The notes: generated by a model from the sequence alone, not told the origin. A stretch of 64,000 nucleotides of DNA from an uncultured virus (IMG/VR IMGVR_UViG_3300036945_000909) (IMGVR_UViG_3300036945_000909), one strand, 5' to 3'; shown: positions 18,429 to 29,518, counted from the first letter of the stretch. A program made the numbers and translations.

Positions 18429-21400
18429 TGGTTATAAATAAGGTTTACCACTTAGCAGATTTACACATTCGAAATTTGCAAAGACACAAAGAATATCGTT
18501 CGATATTTAAAAAGTTTTTAAAACAAGTTAAAGATGATGGTATTGAAGATTCTATCATTTATTTAGCAGGAGATATTGCTCACGCTAAAACCGAAATGAG
18601 TCCTGAATTAATTCAAGAAATCAGCTGGTTTTTAACGGAATGTTCTAAATTACGTGAAACAATACTTATAACAGGTAATCACGATTGTAATTTAAATAAC
18701 TCACACCGATTAGATGTTCTTACGCCCATTATTAATAATTTGGACAATCCTCGTATCCACTATCTTCGTGATACTGGTGTCTATAATATCCATAATCTTA
18801 CTTTTGTCGTTTATTCCATACTTGATAAGAAGGAAAATTGGCCAAAGGGTGATGAGATAGAAGGTGAACATAAAATCTGTTTATTTCACGGGCCGGTAAA
18901 CAAAGCATTAACCGATATTGGATATGTAGTTTCATCTAACTCATTTACTGTCGATATGTTCGATGGGTTTGATATGGTTATGATGGGTGATATTCACAAA
19001 CGTCAAACGTTTGGTAAAGGATATGAACACGTTGCATATGCAGGTTCAATGATTCAACAAAATCACGGAGAGATGTTAGAAGACCATGGCTATTTGTTAT
19101 GGGATATTCCAACTCGTACATTCACAGAACATCATATTCACAATGATTTTGGATTCTTAACTATTGATGTTATTAATGGTGTAATTCCACAATGGGTTTA
19201 TGATGAGGTTAATGTAAAACTACCAAAATATCCACGTTTACGATTGAGATTTACATCTACTGAAGCTTCGGATATGAAACTTCGTATAGCAGAATTGAAA
19301 CAATTATTTCATGTTGCAGAAGTAACGGTAACAAGAACAGATACGATTGGTCAATTAAAGACTAATAATAAATTAAATAAAAATATTGTTGGTAATGTAA
19401 AAGATGAAACTTTTCAAAATTCTTTAATCAGAGATTACTTAGAAAGACAATATCTACTTACTGATTCCGAGTTGGATAAAATCACAGATATTAATAAGGA
19501 TTTAAATTCACGAATTAATCAAGATGATTTAGCCGAAAATATTTTATGGACACCAAAGACATTAGAATTCAGTAATATGTTTTCTTATGGTGAAGATAAT
19601 TTAATTAGATTTGATAAGGCACAAGGTATTATGGGAGTATTTGCTCCAAATGCTAGTGGTAAATCATCGTTATTTGATGCACTTGCATTTTGTATATTTG
19701 ATAGGTCATCGAGAACATCATCATCAAAGAATATTTTAAATAATCAAAAAGATAATTTCTATTGTAAATTTAATTTTGAAATTGATGGTGTTGATTATTT
19801 TATTGAACGAACTGCTAAGTGGACTCGTAAAGGAACTAACCTTTCGGTAAATGTAAACTTTTGGAAAGAAGATGCCGGTATTACTACATCTCTAAATGGA
19901 GAACAACGTAGAGATACTAATAAAAATATTGAAAAGTATTTAGGTAAATTTGAAGATTTCGTTTTAACATCCTTATCTTTACAAGGAAACAATGCGTTAT
20001 TCATTGATAAATCTCAATCAGAACGAAAAGAAATTCTTTCTCAATTTATTGGTGTAAACATCTTTGATAAAATTTATCAATTAGCAGCAGATGAAAACAG
20101 AGATAATGCAACACTTATCCGAAAATTTAAATCAGATGATTTTACTTCAAAATTAGCTGAAATTGATACTAATTTAAAAACTACTCGTAATGAATATAAA
20201 TTAACTGAAATAGAGTTAAATGGATTGAAGGATGCGGAAGATTCTCATAATAAAGAACTTATCAGATTAAATGGTAAGATTGTAAAATTGAATGCAGATA
20301 GTGGTGTTTCAATTGATGAATTGGAAAGACGATTAGAAGTTTTAAAGGAAAAGGAAACTACAATACAATCCGATAAAAATTTATTACAAGAAAAAATCGG
20401 TAAATTTGAAGAATTACAAATTCAATTAGATGAAATTATAGATGGATTTGATGAGGAATTGTTAGAAGAGAAAATTGAGTTATTAACATTTAGTAGAAAA
20501 GAATTCAATACATCTAAACATGAATTAGAAAAATTAGATATTAAAATCAATTCATTAAAAGATAAGAAAGACCATTTAGAATCTCACAAATATAATCCAA
20601 ATTGTGAAATTTGTATGGATAATTCTAAAACTATTTTGGAATCTAAAAAAGATGTAGAAGAACAATTATCAGATGTATTAGAACAATGGGGTGATGTAAT
20701 TCGTATAAATGAAATAGCAGAACAAAAGATAAATGAATGTCAAATATATGAAGTAGATTATAAAACTTTATTAGATACGAAAGATAAAGAAGGTAAAGTA
20801 GAAAAGGAATTGTTTAATCTTAATAGTAAAGTATCTGCATTAGAAACTGATGAAGTTAGAATTGAAACACAAATTACACAACAGATACATTTAATTGAAG
20901 AATATCATCAAAATGAAGAACAAATCAAACAAAATACAGAGATTCGTTCAGAAATAAAAGATGTTAGGGAAAAATTAGATACAACTAAAAATAAATTAAA
21001 AGATGTCAATGGTAGGGTATTATCTTTAAATGGTAGAATATCTGCATTAGAAAATCAAAAACAATCCATCGAAGCAAGAATTACCGAAGTTAAAGAAATG
21101 GAGGAACAATCCAAATTATTTGACTATTATTTAAATGCATTAAGTAAGGATGGTGTTTCGTATGAATTGATTGAAAAGGCACTCCCAATGATTGAAGGTG
21201 AGGTGAACAACATCTTAGCACAAATTGTTGAGTTTGGAATGCAATTAGAGATGGATGGTAAAAACATCAATGCTTACCTTGTTTATGGTGATAATAAGTG
21301 GTCTTTAGAGATGTGTAGTGGTATGGAGAGATTTATATCAGGACTTGCAATTAGAGTTGCTTTAATCAACATTTGTAATTTACCTCGTCCAAACTTCTTA

Positions 21401-21586
21401 GTAATTGATGAAGGATTTGGAACATTAGATAGTGAGAATTTACAATCTTTATTTATGTTGTTTACATATTTAAAGACTCAATTCGATTTCGTAATGATTA
21501 TATCCCACATTGATTCAATGAGAGATGTAGTAGATGGATTACTTGAAATTAAAAAAGTAGATGGATTTAGTCATGTGAAGTTTTAA
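18428..21586 (+). CDS. Fused Mre11/SbcD nuclease - Rad50/SbcC ATPase (T4 gp47-gp46 equivalent)
   Basis: Phosphoesterase motifs DLH, AGD, GNHD, FHG, GDIH; Walker A APNASGKS; coiled coil with CEIC zinc hook; signature CSGME; Walker B/D-loop IDEGFGTLD; H-loop IISH. Confidence 0.93.
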   Translation: MVINKVYHLADLHIRNLQRHKEYRSIFKKFLKQVKDDGIEDSIIYLAGDIAHAKTEMSPELIQEISWFLTECSKLRETILITGNHDCNLNNSHRLDVLTPIINNLDNPRIHYLRDTGVYNIHNLTFVVYSILDKKENWPKGDEIEGEHKICLFHGPVNKALTDIGYVVSSNSFTVDMFDGFDMVMMGDIHKRQTFGKGYEHVAYAGSMIQQNHGEMLEDHGYLLWDIPTRTFTEHHIHNDFGFLTIDVINGVIPQWVYDEVNVKLPKYPRLRLRFTSTEASDMKLRIAELKQLFHVAEVTVTRTDTIGQLKTNNKLNKNIVGNVKDETFQNSLIRDYLERQYLLTDSELDKITDINKDLNSRINQDDLAENILWTPKTLEFSNMFSYGEDNLIRFDKAQGIMGVFAPNASGKSSLFDALAFCIFDRSSRTSSSKNILNNQKDNFYCKFNFEIDGVDYFIERTAKWTRKGTNLSVNVNFWKEDAGITTSLNGEQRRDTNKNIEKYLGKFEDFVLTSLSLQGNNALFIDKSQSERKEILSQFIGVNIFDKIYQLAADENRDNATLIRKFKSDDFTSKLAEIDTNLKTTRNEYKLTEIELNGLKDAEDSHNKELIRLNGKIVKLNADSGVSIDELERRLEVLKEKETTIQSDKNLLQEKIGKFEELQIQLDEIIDGFDEELLEEKIELLTFSRKEFNTSKHELEKLDIKINSLKDKKDHLESHKYNPNCEICMDNSKTILESKKDVEEQLSDVLEQWGDVIRINEIAEQKINECQIYEVDYKTLLDTKDKEGKVEKELFNLNSKVSALETDEVRIETQITQQIHLIEEYHQNEEQIKQNTEIRSEIKDVREKLDTTKNKLKDVNGRVLSLNGRISALENQKQSIEARITEVKEMEEQSKLFDYYLNALSKDGVSYELIEKALPMIEGEVNNILAQIVEFGMQLEMDGKNINAYLVYGDNKWSLEMCSGMERFISGLAIRVALINICNLPRPNFLVIDEGFGTLDSENLQSLFMLFTYLKTQFDFVMIISHIDSMRDVVDGLLEIKKVDGFSHVKF

Positions 21587-21737
21587 CTTTTAAAACATTC
21601 TTAGGAGGTGTGATTCGATGATTTATCAACGATTCTACCAATCCACTTAATTTATACCCATGTTCCTTGCAATACTCTTGCAAGAGAATGTGGGTTTCTT
21701 TTTTTATTTGTATGGTTGTATATTGTTGTTTATTCAT
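21567..21737 (-). CDS. Small ribbon-helix-helix-like DNA-binding protein, 56 aa (not in ORF track)
   Basis: MNKQQYTTIQIKKETHILLQEYCKEHGYKLSGLVESLINHRITPPKNVLKVKTSHD: strand TTIQI, helix, G turn, helix; fills an otherwise empty gap. Confidence 0.75.
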   Translation of the reverse strand: MNKQQYTTIQIKKETHILLQEYCKEHGYKLSGLVESLINHRITPPKNVLKVKTSHD

Positions 21738-21795
21738 AATTTATAGAGTTCTATGGGTTTCTATGTATTTTACAAATAAGTATTAAAAAAATGTA

Positions 21796-21803
21796 TATTT
21801 ATA
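21796..21803 (+). promoter_or_regulatory. Putative late promoter TATTTATA
   Basis: Upstream of the AGGAG SD (21811-15) and the tail fibre ATG. Confidence 0.7.
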
Positions 21804-21821
21804 TGAGTATAGGAGAAATTT

Positions 21822-24800
21822 ATGGCAATAATAAAATCATACTCACCATTTTTGAATCTTTCAAATTATTCAACTTTTTTAGTTGATAATAACTCAACGT
21901 CTGAATATTTCAGAATTAGTGATTTGAAAGAAACCTTAACCGGTGGTAAAAACGGATTCTTAATTGAAGGTTCGGAGTATCTAAAAGAAACAACTGAAAT
22001 TAAAATTGAAATTTTAGATGTAAATGGTAATCCCATTTATTTTGAACCGGGTAATGGTATACCAGAATACTATGAAGGTTTATCTAAATTAATTGCAGTT
22101 CATGTGTATGAAGATACTCCGATTGGTATTGGAAAAATTACTATTTTAGGTGAATTAAAAACCTATGTTTCCCCAAATGGATTAGTATTGCCAATTCCAT
22201 CTGAATGGCAAGGGACTTACAATGTAAAGTGGGAAAGAACGTTTCAAATAAATAAAAATCTAAATAATGAAACTATTGTTAGATTTTACAAAAGACCAAC
22301 CATTTCAATTGATGAATTGGTTAAACCTATTTTTTCTAAAACAATCCCAAATATAACACAGAGTGGTTCAGTTTCGGGTATTTCTGAAATTCCCACTGCA
22401 GGTAGTAATATAAATAATTGGAGTGCAGGAACATTATATAAATTAAAAATTGAAGATAATTCAAATTGGACATCTTCGGTAGATGAAAATATAATTTCTA
22501 TCCCATCATTGGGATATTCTGCAACGGTTAAGGAAGTTCTTAATAATAAGGAAATCTTAGTAAATATTCCATATACAACTGGTAGTATTGTTTCCGATTT
22601 CCCACCTACACCTTACACAACCTCATTTGAATATGTTGAAGGACAAATTATAGGTGAATCTGCGTTGACAGGTTCATTCGCTAAAATTAATATTCAACAA
22701 TTAAAAACATTCGTAGGTGATGTTGCTAGAGTTAAGGTTTATCGTAAATCACGTAATGATGTCGGTGATTATCAATTTGTACAAGAATCTAAATTAGAGG
22801 CTTCTGAATTACTAAGAGATATAACATCAACATTGGATACTGATATTTCGTATGGCAATTTTACTGATTCTAATTTATCAACTTATTGGGTAACGTCATC
22901 CAATGACCACCCTACGTCATTAAACGTTGATATACTTAATGCATCCGTAAAAGTTGATTACAATTCCGGCATTGGAGGTGTTCAACAATTAATAACATCC
23001 GAATCATTTAACGTTTCGAAAGATGTTGAATATACTCTTTCATTCAAAACCTTATTAAGCGGGTCAATAGACGGGCAAAAAACCCTCAAAGCATATTTCA
23101 GTTCATCAGATTACCAACAAACCTTTTTAACGGTAAGCGGTTCAGATATATACAAAACAAGACAATCTATTTCTCAAAACATATTAGCAACAAATACTTC
23201 AAATGCTAAATTGGTTTTAGAGTTTAGTGGAGATGATTGGTATGTATCAAATGTCTCATTACAAAATGCACAAGAAACATCATTCTCACCGGATGAATTT
23301 ACAATTGTGCAAGAAATTCCAAGAAACATTCCGGTTGAAACTTTTGATTTTAGATTTGAATTTTATGATATAAATAATAACTACATTCCCGTAGTTGTCA
23401 ATTCAACAAAAACATTCACCGGTGGTAATAATTTCTTAGCAAGCACTAAATTCCTATCATTTTCATCAGATAGAACTGCATTCCGTTTTAGTACGGGGTC
23501 GTTCGCTAATCCACCATATCAATCATTACACCTTTCTACACAACGAAATGGTCTAACTGGTTCGGTATTCTTTTATTCATCTGCATATGATATGTTGGGT
23601 AATTGGATTGATCCTGTAAATTATTCAGCATCAGGTACGTTAGAGTATGGAGTTAATTGGCCTAATCAAATTCAATATCCAGGTGGTATTACTAATCAAG
23701 GAGATGGTGGTGGATTATTACATATACATGATTTTAGTGGTTCTTTGGATTATTCAGGTAGTGTAAATACTATTAGAGTTGGTTCAATTGTTTATACCGC
23801 ATCATGCGAGGGATTAAATGAATATGAAACAATATATCGTTTTGAGGATGGTGATAATGCACCAAGTTTATTTGTAAATTCAAATACAAATCAATTTATT
23901 TATAAGGCAACGGATTTATCATTAAATCCAAGTGGTCAGAATATCATAGTTCAAGCTAAAAGGAAAAATTTAGCATCAACAACTACTCCAATAACAATTA
24001 ATTCGGGTAGTGGAAAGCCGGGATTAACTCACTTATCAGATGATCCAACTACGGGAGTTTCTACCTATCAATTAAGTGGAACATCGTATCCATATATTGC
24101 AGGAGAAACTACTTACGAATTTACAGGTTCAGACCAATTTGGAAACAATTTTTCGGATATTGTAAAAATAACACCGGTAAAAATATTAGATGGATTATCT
24201 GTATCACTTTCAAATGAAAACGCAACATTACCTGCATTATCGACTGGATTCGTAAGTAGTGGTTCATTTAGTTTGACAAGTGGTTCGGTAAGTGTAAAAA
24301 TTGGGGGTGAAACTATTACTCATAGTAATGGATTAATTGTTAGTAATTCATTTGATATAATCTCAGCAATCCCATCAAACGTTTTAACTGGTTCTTTAGA
24401 TTATTCTACTGCAGATTATTATATAACAAGATTGGATTCGGATACGGGTTCGTTAGAATTAAATATTAGATATAAGGATGGATATGGTGATACAACTGAT
24501 GTTTCAAAAATTGTATCATATTCAAAAGCAAAGAAAACTCCACCAATTATTTCAGTATTTGGAAATCCACAATCACAAACAATCACATCAGGTTCATTAA
24601 GTGGAGTTGGGACACCCTTACCAATAAACGTTTCGGTTAAAGAAGGTGCATCTAACTACACCTATGGTAATGGAACAAATAAATTTACTATTAGTAATGT
24701 AAGTGCATATTTTTCACAATCTGCACAAACTGCTAATATTATTTACACAGGTTCATTATCACAATCTGCAAGTGGTTCTGCGTTAATCAGTTATATCAAC

Positions 24801-27365
24801 TCCGAAGGAACACCCGATTCTCAAACTATTAATTTTAGTATTGGTGTCGCAGCACAAGGTGTAGATGGTTCAAACGGAGCTCCTGGTGTTGTTGTATCAA
24901 CTCCACCATCACAAATTGTGACACGAAGTAATACAGGAGTTTACGGAACACCTACTACAATTTCAATTTCCGTAGTTGAGGGTAATACGATATATCCATA
25001 TGATAATTCGTCACCCTATACTTCTGGTAGTTTTTATATCTCAAATGTAGTAAATGGAACGAATAACAATAACAAAACAATAACCCCAACTACACCAACA
25101 ACACCTTCGGGTATCGTTACAACATTTGATGTAAATTATACTACATCAACCGGAGTTCAAGTATCAGTTCCACAAACTCATTCAGTTTTAGTGACGTTGG
25201 ATGGACAGACTGGTCCTGGTGTTGTTCATACTGGTCCATGGGTTGAAGGTAGAGTTTATCAATTTAGTACGGGAGCAGGAACAGGTCGAAGAGATGTGGT
25301 ATTATATCCTGCAAGTGGGACTGGAACTTATTATGCTACAACCCAACAACATACCTCTACTGCAACGGGTGTAACTGGTCCACCAACCGTTGGTTCTTAT
25401 TGGGAATCACTTGGTTCGGAAGATTTCTTCGTAGCAGCTAAAATTGGTTTGTTTGAAGATTCATATGTTCAGAGCACATTAAATATTGGAACTAATAATA
25501 GCGGTGGAGTTTCATCTGCAAACATAACACTTTCGGGTGGAACTGCGTATCCATATTTTTCATTGGGTCAGACCGTAGCTGGAGTTTATAACGCAAATGG
25601 TATATACATTGGTAGTGATAGTGGTGTGTATAAAATGTCGTTAAAATCCGCTACAAACTCTTTAACTTGGGATGGTTCTACGTTGGGCATTGTGGGAACT
25701 ATTACTATTAAAAATCCAGCAACTGCTAATGATGGTGGTAAAGTTGGTTCATTTAGTAATGGCGATTCACATAACTCAGGTGATGTAGGTGGATGGACAC
25801 TTTCTGCTAATGCAATATATAGAGGAACAATAGGTTCGGATAATAATTACACTACTAACGCTGGAGATATAACTTTAGGTGCGGGTTGGATTTCTGCGAA
25901 AGAATTCAAAATATCATCTGCTGGAGCAGCATCATTCAAAGGTGCACTATCAGCACCGAGTGGAAATATCGGTGGATTCTCAATTGGCGGTAGTCAATTT
26001 TATACAGGTACCAAATCATCATATGCATCAAATGCAGCTGGAGTTTATTTAGGTAATGATGGTATCGCATTAGGAACAAATTCACCATTCAAAGTAGATT
26101 CAAATGGTAATTTAACTGCAACTTCGGTAGATATTACCGGAGCAGTAACGGCCACAAGTGGAACATTTACCGGAACTATATATGCCAATGCCGGTGTTTT
26201 CGCAGGAAACTTATCCGCAGCTTCAGGTTCGTTTGGTGGCTCATTAACGGTTAATACGGGATATATTGGTGGTTGGGCAATTGGACCGAATACCTTATCA
26301 TCCAATAATAACGCTATTATCTTAGATTCAACTTCAAAAACGATTACATTAAATGATTCGGGTAATGCACCTCGTGTTTTAATTAATCAAAATTCATCAT
26401 TTGGTAGTTTAAGTGGAACATATTCAAACAATGGAACTTATACTGGCCCACTTGATGGTGCTACTTATTATGATAACGCTACAATTTCAACTACAATAAA
26501 TAATTCTGCATTGGTTTCGACTAATGGTAAAACATATTCATTTTCATTAACTGATAATTCATCTGGTTTTTGTTTTTATATACCAAATGACGGTTACACC
26601 ACTTATACTATATATCAAGCTAGATACTCATACTGGTATACATTGGAAAGCACAACAAATCCGGCAATAAAGTATAGTTTGGGTTCTAGTAGTTCTGCTG
26701 CATACGGGCCCGTGCAAGGACCAATGACTGGGTATTATGGGAGTAATGGTTATACTTCAACTATTACCATTATTGGAAATGGGGATACGTTTAGATTGGT
26801 TCAAAACGTAGATATTGATATACAATCTACATACACTCAAGGTGTTTATATAAATTCATCTAATCGGCCAGATTGCACATGGTCAACTGCTGAGGTAAAT
26901 TCATTTGTGGAAATTATTGCAGGTGGTATTCAGGTTGGTAGAGATTCATCAAAATATGTAAAGATGGATAGAAATGCAGGAACGGGAACAATGTTAGAAG
27001 TTGGTGGTGCTATAACTGCTACTGGTAACATCACTGCGTTTTATACATCGGATAAACGATTAAAAGAAAATATAATTCCGATTGAAAATGCATTGGATAA
27101 AATTGATAAAATAAATGGTGTTGAATTTGATTGGACAGATGAATTTATTGATACTGAAAGTGGTGGTAAAGGTGAAGATGGATTCTTTTTCAGAAAACAT
27201 GATATTGGTATAATTGCACAAGAAATCAACGAAGTTCTACCCGAAGCGGTTGGGACTAGAGATGATGGTTATATGGCAGTTAGATATGAAAAAGTAGTTC
27301 CATTACTTATTCAAGCTATAAAGGAATTGAAAACTGAAATTAAAGAGTTAAAAGAAAACCGATAA
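21822..27365 (+). CDS. Long tail fibre/spike with C-terminal intramolecular chaperone (peptidase S74-like)
   Basis: G/S/T-rich beta repeats (GDVGGWTL, GNIGGFSIG, GYIGGWAIG); C-terminal TSDKRLKENI...GIIAQE..EVLPEAV...VRYEKVVPLLIQAIKEL. Confidence 0.9.
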   Translation: MAIIKSYSPFLNLSNYSTFLVDNNSTSEYFRISDLKETLTGGKNGFLIEGSEYLKETTEIKIEILDVNGNPIYFEPGNGIPEYYEGLSKLIAVHVYEDTPIGIGKITILGELKTYVSPNGLVLPIPSEWQGTYNVKWERTFQINKNLNNETIVRFYKRPTISIDELVKPIFSKTIPNITQSGSVSGISEIPTAGSNINNWSAGTLYKLKIEDNSNWTSSVDENIISIPSLGYSATVKEVLNNKEILVNIPYTTGSIVSDFPPTPYTTSFEYVEGQIIGESALTGSFAKINIQQLKTFVGDVARVKVYRKSRNDVGDYQFVQESKLEASELLRDITSTLDTDISYGNFTDSNLSTYWVTSSNDHPTSLNVDILNASVKVDYNSGIGGVQQLITSESFNVSKDVEYTLSFKTLLSGSIDGQKTLKAYFSSSDYQQTFLTVSGSDIYKTRQSISQNILATNTSNAKLVLEFSGDDWYVSNVSLQNAQETSFSPDEFTIVQEIPRNIPVETFDFRFEFYDINNNYIPVVVNSTKTFTGGNNFLASTKFLSFSSDRTAFRFSTGSFANPPYQSLHLSTQRNGLTGSVFFYSSAYDMLGNWIDPVNYSASGTLEYGVNWPNQIQYPGGITNQGDGGGLLHIHDFSGSLDYSGSVNTIRVGSIVYTASCEGLNEYETIYRFEDGDNAPSLFVNSNTNQFIYKATDLSLNPSGQNIIVQAKRKNLASTTTPITINSGSGKPGLTHLSDDPTTGVSTYQLSGTSYPYIAGETTYEFTGSDQFGNNFSDIVKITPVKILDGLSVSLSNENATLPALSTGFVSSGSFSLTSGSVSVKIGGETITHSNGLIVSNSFDIISAIPSNVLTGSLDYSTADYYITRLDSDTGSLELNIRYKDGYGDTTDVSKIVSYSKAKKTPPIISVFGNPQSQTITSGSLSGVGTPLPINVSVKEGASNYTYGNGTNKFTISNVSAYFSQSAQTANIIYTGSLSQSASGSALISYINSEGTPDSQTINFSIGVAAQGVDGSNGAPGVVVSTPPSQIVTRSNTGVYGTPTTISISVVEGNTIYPYDNSSPYTSGSFYISNVVNGTNNNNKTITPTTPTTPSGIVTTFDVNYTTSTGVQVSVPQTHSVLVTLDGQTGPGVVHTGPWVEGRVYQFSTGAGTGRRDVVLYPASGTGTYYATTQQHTSTATGVTGPPTVGSYWESLGSEDFFVAAKIGLFEDSYVQSTLNIGTNNSGGVSSANITLSGGTAYPYFSLGQTVAGVYNANGIYIGSDSGVYKMSLKSATNSLTWDGSTLGIVGTITIKNPATANDGGKVGSFSNGDSHNSGDVGGWTLSANAIYRGTIGSDNNYTTNAGDITLGAGWISAKEFKISSAGAASFKGALSAPSGNIGGFSIGGSQFYTGTKSSYASNAAGVYLGNDGIALGTNSPFKVDSNGNLTATSVDITGAVTATSGTFTGTIYANAGVFAGNLSAASGSFGGSLTVNTGYIGGWAIGPNTLSSNNNAIILDSTSKTITLNDSGNAPRVLINQNSSFGSLSGTYSNNGTYTGPLDGATYYDNATISTTINNSALVSTNGKTYSFSLTDNSSGFCFYIPNDGYTTYTIYQARYSYWYTLESTTNPAIKYSLGSSSSAAYGPVQGPMTGYYGSNGYTSTITIIGNGDTFRLVQNVDIDIQSTYTQGVYINSSNRPDCTWSTAEVNSFVEIIAGGIQVGRDSSKYVKMDRNAGTGTMLEVGGAITATGNITAFYTSDKRLKENIIPIENALDKIDKINGVEFDWTDEFIDTESGGKGEDGFFFRKHDIGIIAQEINEVLPEAVGTRDDGYMAVRYEKVVPLLIQAIKELKTEIKELKENR

Positions 27366-29518
27366 TGGGAACTATAAAATCTTCAGGTGAACTTAGTTTT
27401 GATGATTTGAATATCGCATTAAATCAAAGTGCAGGAGCACAAATTGATTTAGATTCTTCTGCTACAAAATTAAATTTAACTAAACCACATAGTATGGATG
27501 AATTTTATGGAAAAACTTACAATGGGCCGTTTACATTCACTACTGCAGGATTGACTGGATTTAGAGTGGATTCTAACGGGGGCGTTACTGCTCCTACTCC
27601 AACGAAAGGTAGCATAAAAAGCATTACATTTTCAACAGGTTATTCAAACGGATATTTCCCATTAGTAGATACAGACACTACGAGAAGTGTAGTTGTAGTA
27701 ATAAACATTCCATCCGGTTATACAAATTCCGGAACGGTTAGTGGAACTTTAACAACTACCCAACAAGCAGCACCGGTATTTTCATATAGTATGTGGACTG
27801 GTAATGTATCGGTTGCTAGTAATGGTCTTGTGATTTATAATTTAGGAAACGCTGCAGGTATTGGATTTAATTCACCATCATCATATTATACGGTCGGAGT
27901 AAATACCCAACGAACTATAAATATCCAATTGACAATTCCAAGCGGTTATTATAATGCAGGACAACAAACATCTCCACAAGATGTAGTAGTTACGCAACCC
28001 GCGGCAACATTTACAATGGGAGATTGGACAGGTGATGTATCGATTGATAAATATGGTTCTATTAATTACTCATTGGGTAATGCTACTTCATTTTCACCAT
28101 CACCAACTTCTTTTGCAGAAGTTGCAAGTTCAACATCGAGATTGATTTCAGTTACAATTGGAATACCATCATCACCAAATGCATACACTAATAGTGGTGG
28201 AACAATTACGTTTGATATGGGCAAAGTTCAACCTGCTACGGATGAATACATCCGTTTGACCGATGTTAATGGAAATGATATTACAAATGTATATAATTTA
28301 AGTGGACAGGGAACATCTTATACTTTATATGTAAAAACATCACCGGTTTGGAATACTTCGTGGCAAATATCAGATGATTCTAGTTGGGCATATGCACCAA
28401 CCACTACTTCGGGCCAAGGAAATGGAAGTTTTGTATATGTCCTAAATCCAAACTATGAGGGTGAAGGTGGGTATAACGGAAATGCTAGAAGTGTTACGAT
28501 AACCGCATCAAAAGTAGGTGGAGGTGTATCAGATTCTGCAACACTTAGTCAAGATGTGGGAACACCACCTGCAGTAATCCCATCCGTTTCAATTACAACA
28601 CCAAACGATATTGCATATAACTCATATGGGTCTTACAACTATATGACAGTTACTGCAAACGTAAATGGGGGAACAACTCCATCAACTGCTGAAATATCGA
28701 TGAATGGTGGTGGTGATTTTGCATTTATTGCAATAGATTGGAATGTGGAAGTATTAAATCCATATGGTAATATTTGGACTGCAACTGCAAATAATGCAGG
28801 AGTTGGTTCTTTTCAAGTTGGTGTATATGCTATAAATAATAATAATTCCGGTGCTAATAAAACCGCCACAATTACATTTAGAGCATCAAATAGTGCAGGT
28901 CAAGGCAGTGCATCTTCAGTAGTGACTCAAGCGTTTCCAGTAGTGTTTAGTGTAAGTCCATCATCATTTGTAATTAATTCCGATGGTGGTAATCAAACAA
29001 TATCAATAACAACTTCACCATCTTCAATGGTGTGGAGTGTAGGTGATGATCAAGGTTGGATTACACCATCTTCTACTTATGGAACTGGTACTACAAATAT
29101 AAATGTTGCAATTGAATCATATTCCGATACTAGCACAAATCGAAGTGGAACTATAACAATAACACCACAGAGTGGATATGGATTACAACCAGTTGGGTTA
29201 GTAGTAACTCAAACAAAAGCATCAAGTGGAGGAGGGAATCCTACACCTGATTATAGCTTCAGTATTGCAGCTGATAGTGGTGATGGTTCGTGTGCAAATT
29301 ATAAAAATGGAGATACATTCCTAATATACACCTACATTTATTTGGGTTCATTACAAAGCGGTCAAACTTATTATAATTCAGATGGTTCAGTATTCAATGG
29401 ATATAATACTGCTTACTCCGATGGTTCAGTATATGGTTCAATAGATTCAAGTGGATACTTTACTTATTATGGAGATTGTTCGGGTGGTGGGGGTGTAATA
29501 CTTGGTCCGATTAATTAA
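27365..29518 (+). CDS. Tail adhesin with tandem Ig-like repeats and BACON-like domains
   Basis: N-terminal SSGELSFDDL...PHSMDEFYG cap motif; three ~80-aa IPS(G)..Y.N(S/A)G repeats; BACON-like SVSPSS...GGNQTISIT...WSV...WIT...G.G...RSGTITIT. Confidence 0.75.
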   Translation: MGTIKSSGELSFDDLNIALNQSAGAQIDLDSSATKLNLTKPHSMDEFYGKTYNGPFTFTTAGLTGFRVDSNGGVTAPTPTKGSIKSITFSTGYSNGYFPLVDTDTTRSVVVVINIPSGYTNSGTVSGTLTTTQQAAPVFSYSMWTGNVSVASNGLVIYNLGNAAGIGFNSPSSYYTVGVNTQRTINIQLTIPSGYYNAGQQTSPQDVVVTQPAATFTMGDWTGDVSIDKYGSINYSLGNATSFSPSPTSFAEVASSTSRLISVTIGIPSSPNAYTNSGGTITFDMGKVQPATDEYIRLTDVNGNDITNVYNLSGQGTSYTLYVKTSPVWNTSWQISDDSSWAYAPTTTSGQGNGSFVYVLNPNYEGEGGYNGNARSVTITASKVGGGVSDSATLSQDVGTPPAVIPSVSITTPNDIAYNSYGSYNYMTVTANVNGGTTPSTAEISMNGGGDFAFIAIDWNVEVLNPYGNIWTATANNAGVGSFQVGVYAINNNNSGANKTATITFRASNSAGQGSASSVVTQAFPVVFSVSPSSFVINSDGGNQTISITTSPSSMVWSVGDDQGWITPSSTYGTGTTNINVAIESYSDTSTNRSGTITITPQSGYGLQPVGLVVTQTKASSGGGNPTPDYSFSIAADSGDGSCANYKNGDTFLIYTYIYLGSLQSGQTYYNSDGSVFNGYNTAYSDGSVYGSIDSSGYFTYYGDCSGGGGVILGPIN

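Noticed and set aside
21822..29518. Diversity-generating retroelement targeting the tail fibre or adhesin
   Set aside because: No reverse transcriptase and no TR/VR pair with adenine-specific mismatches was seen in the window; the 116-bp repeat is perfect and in frame.
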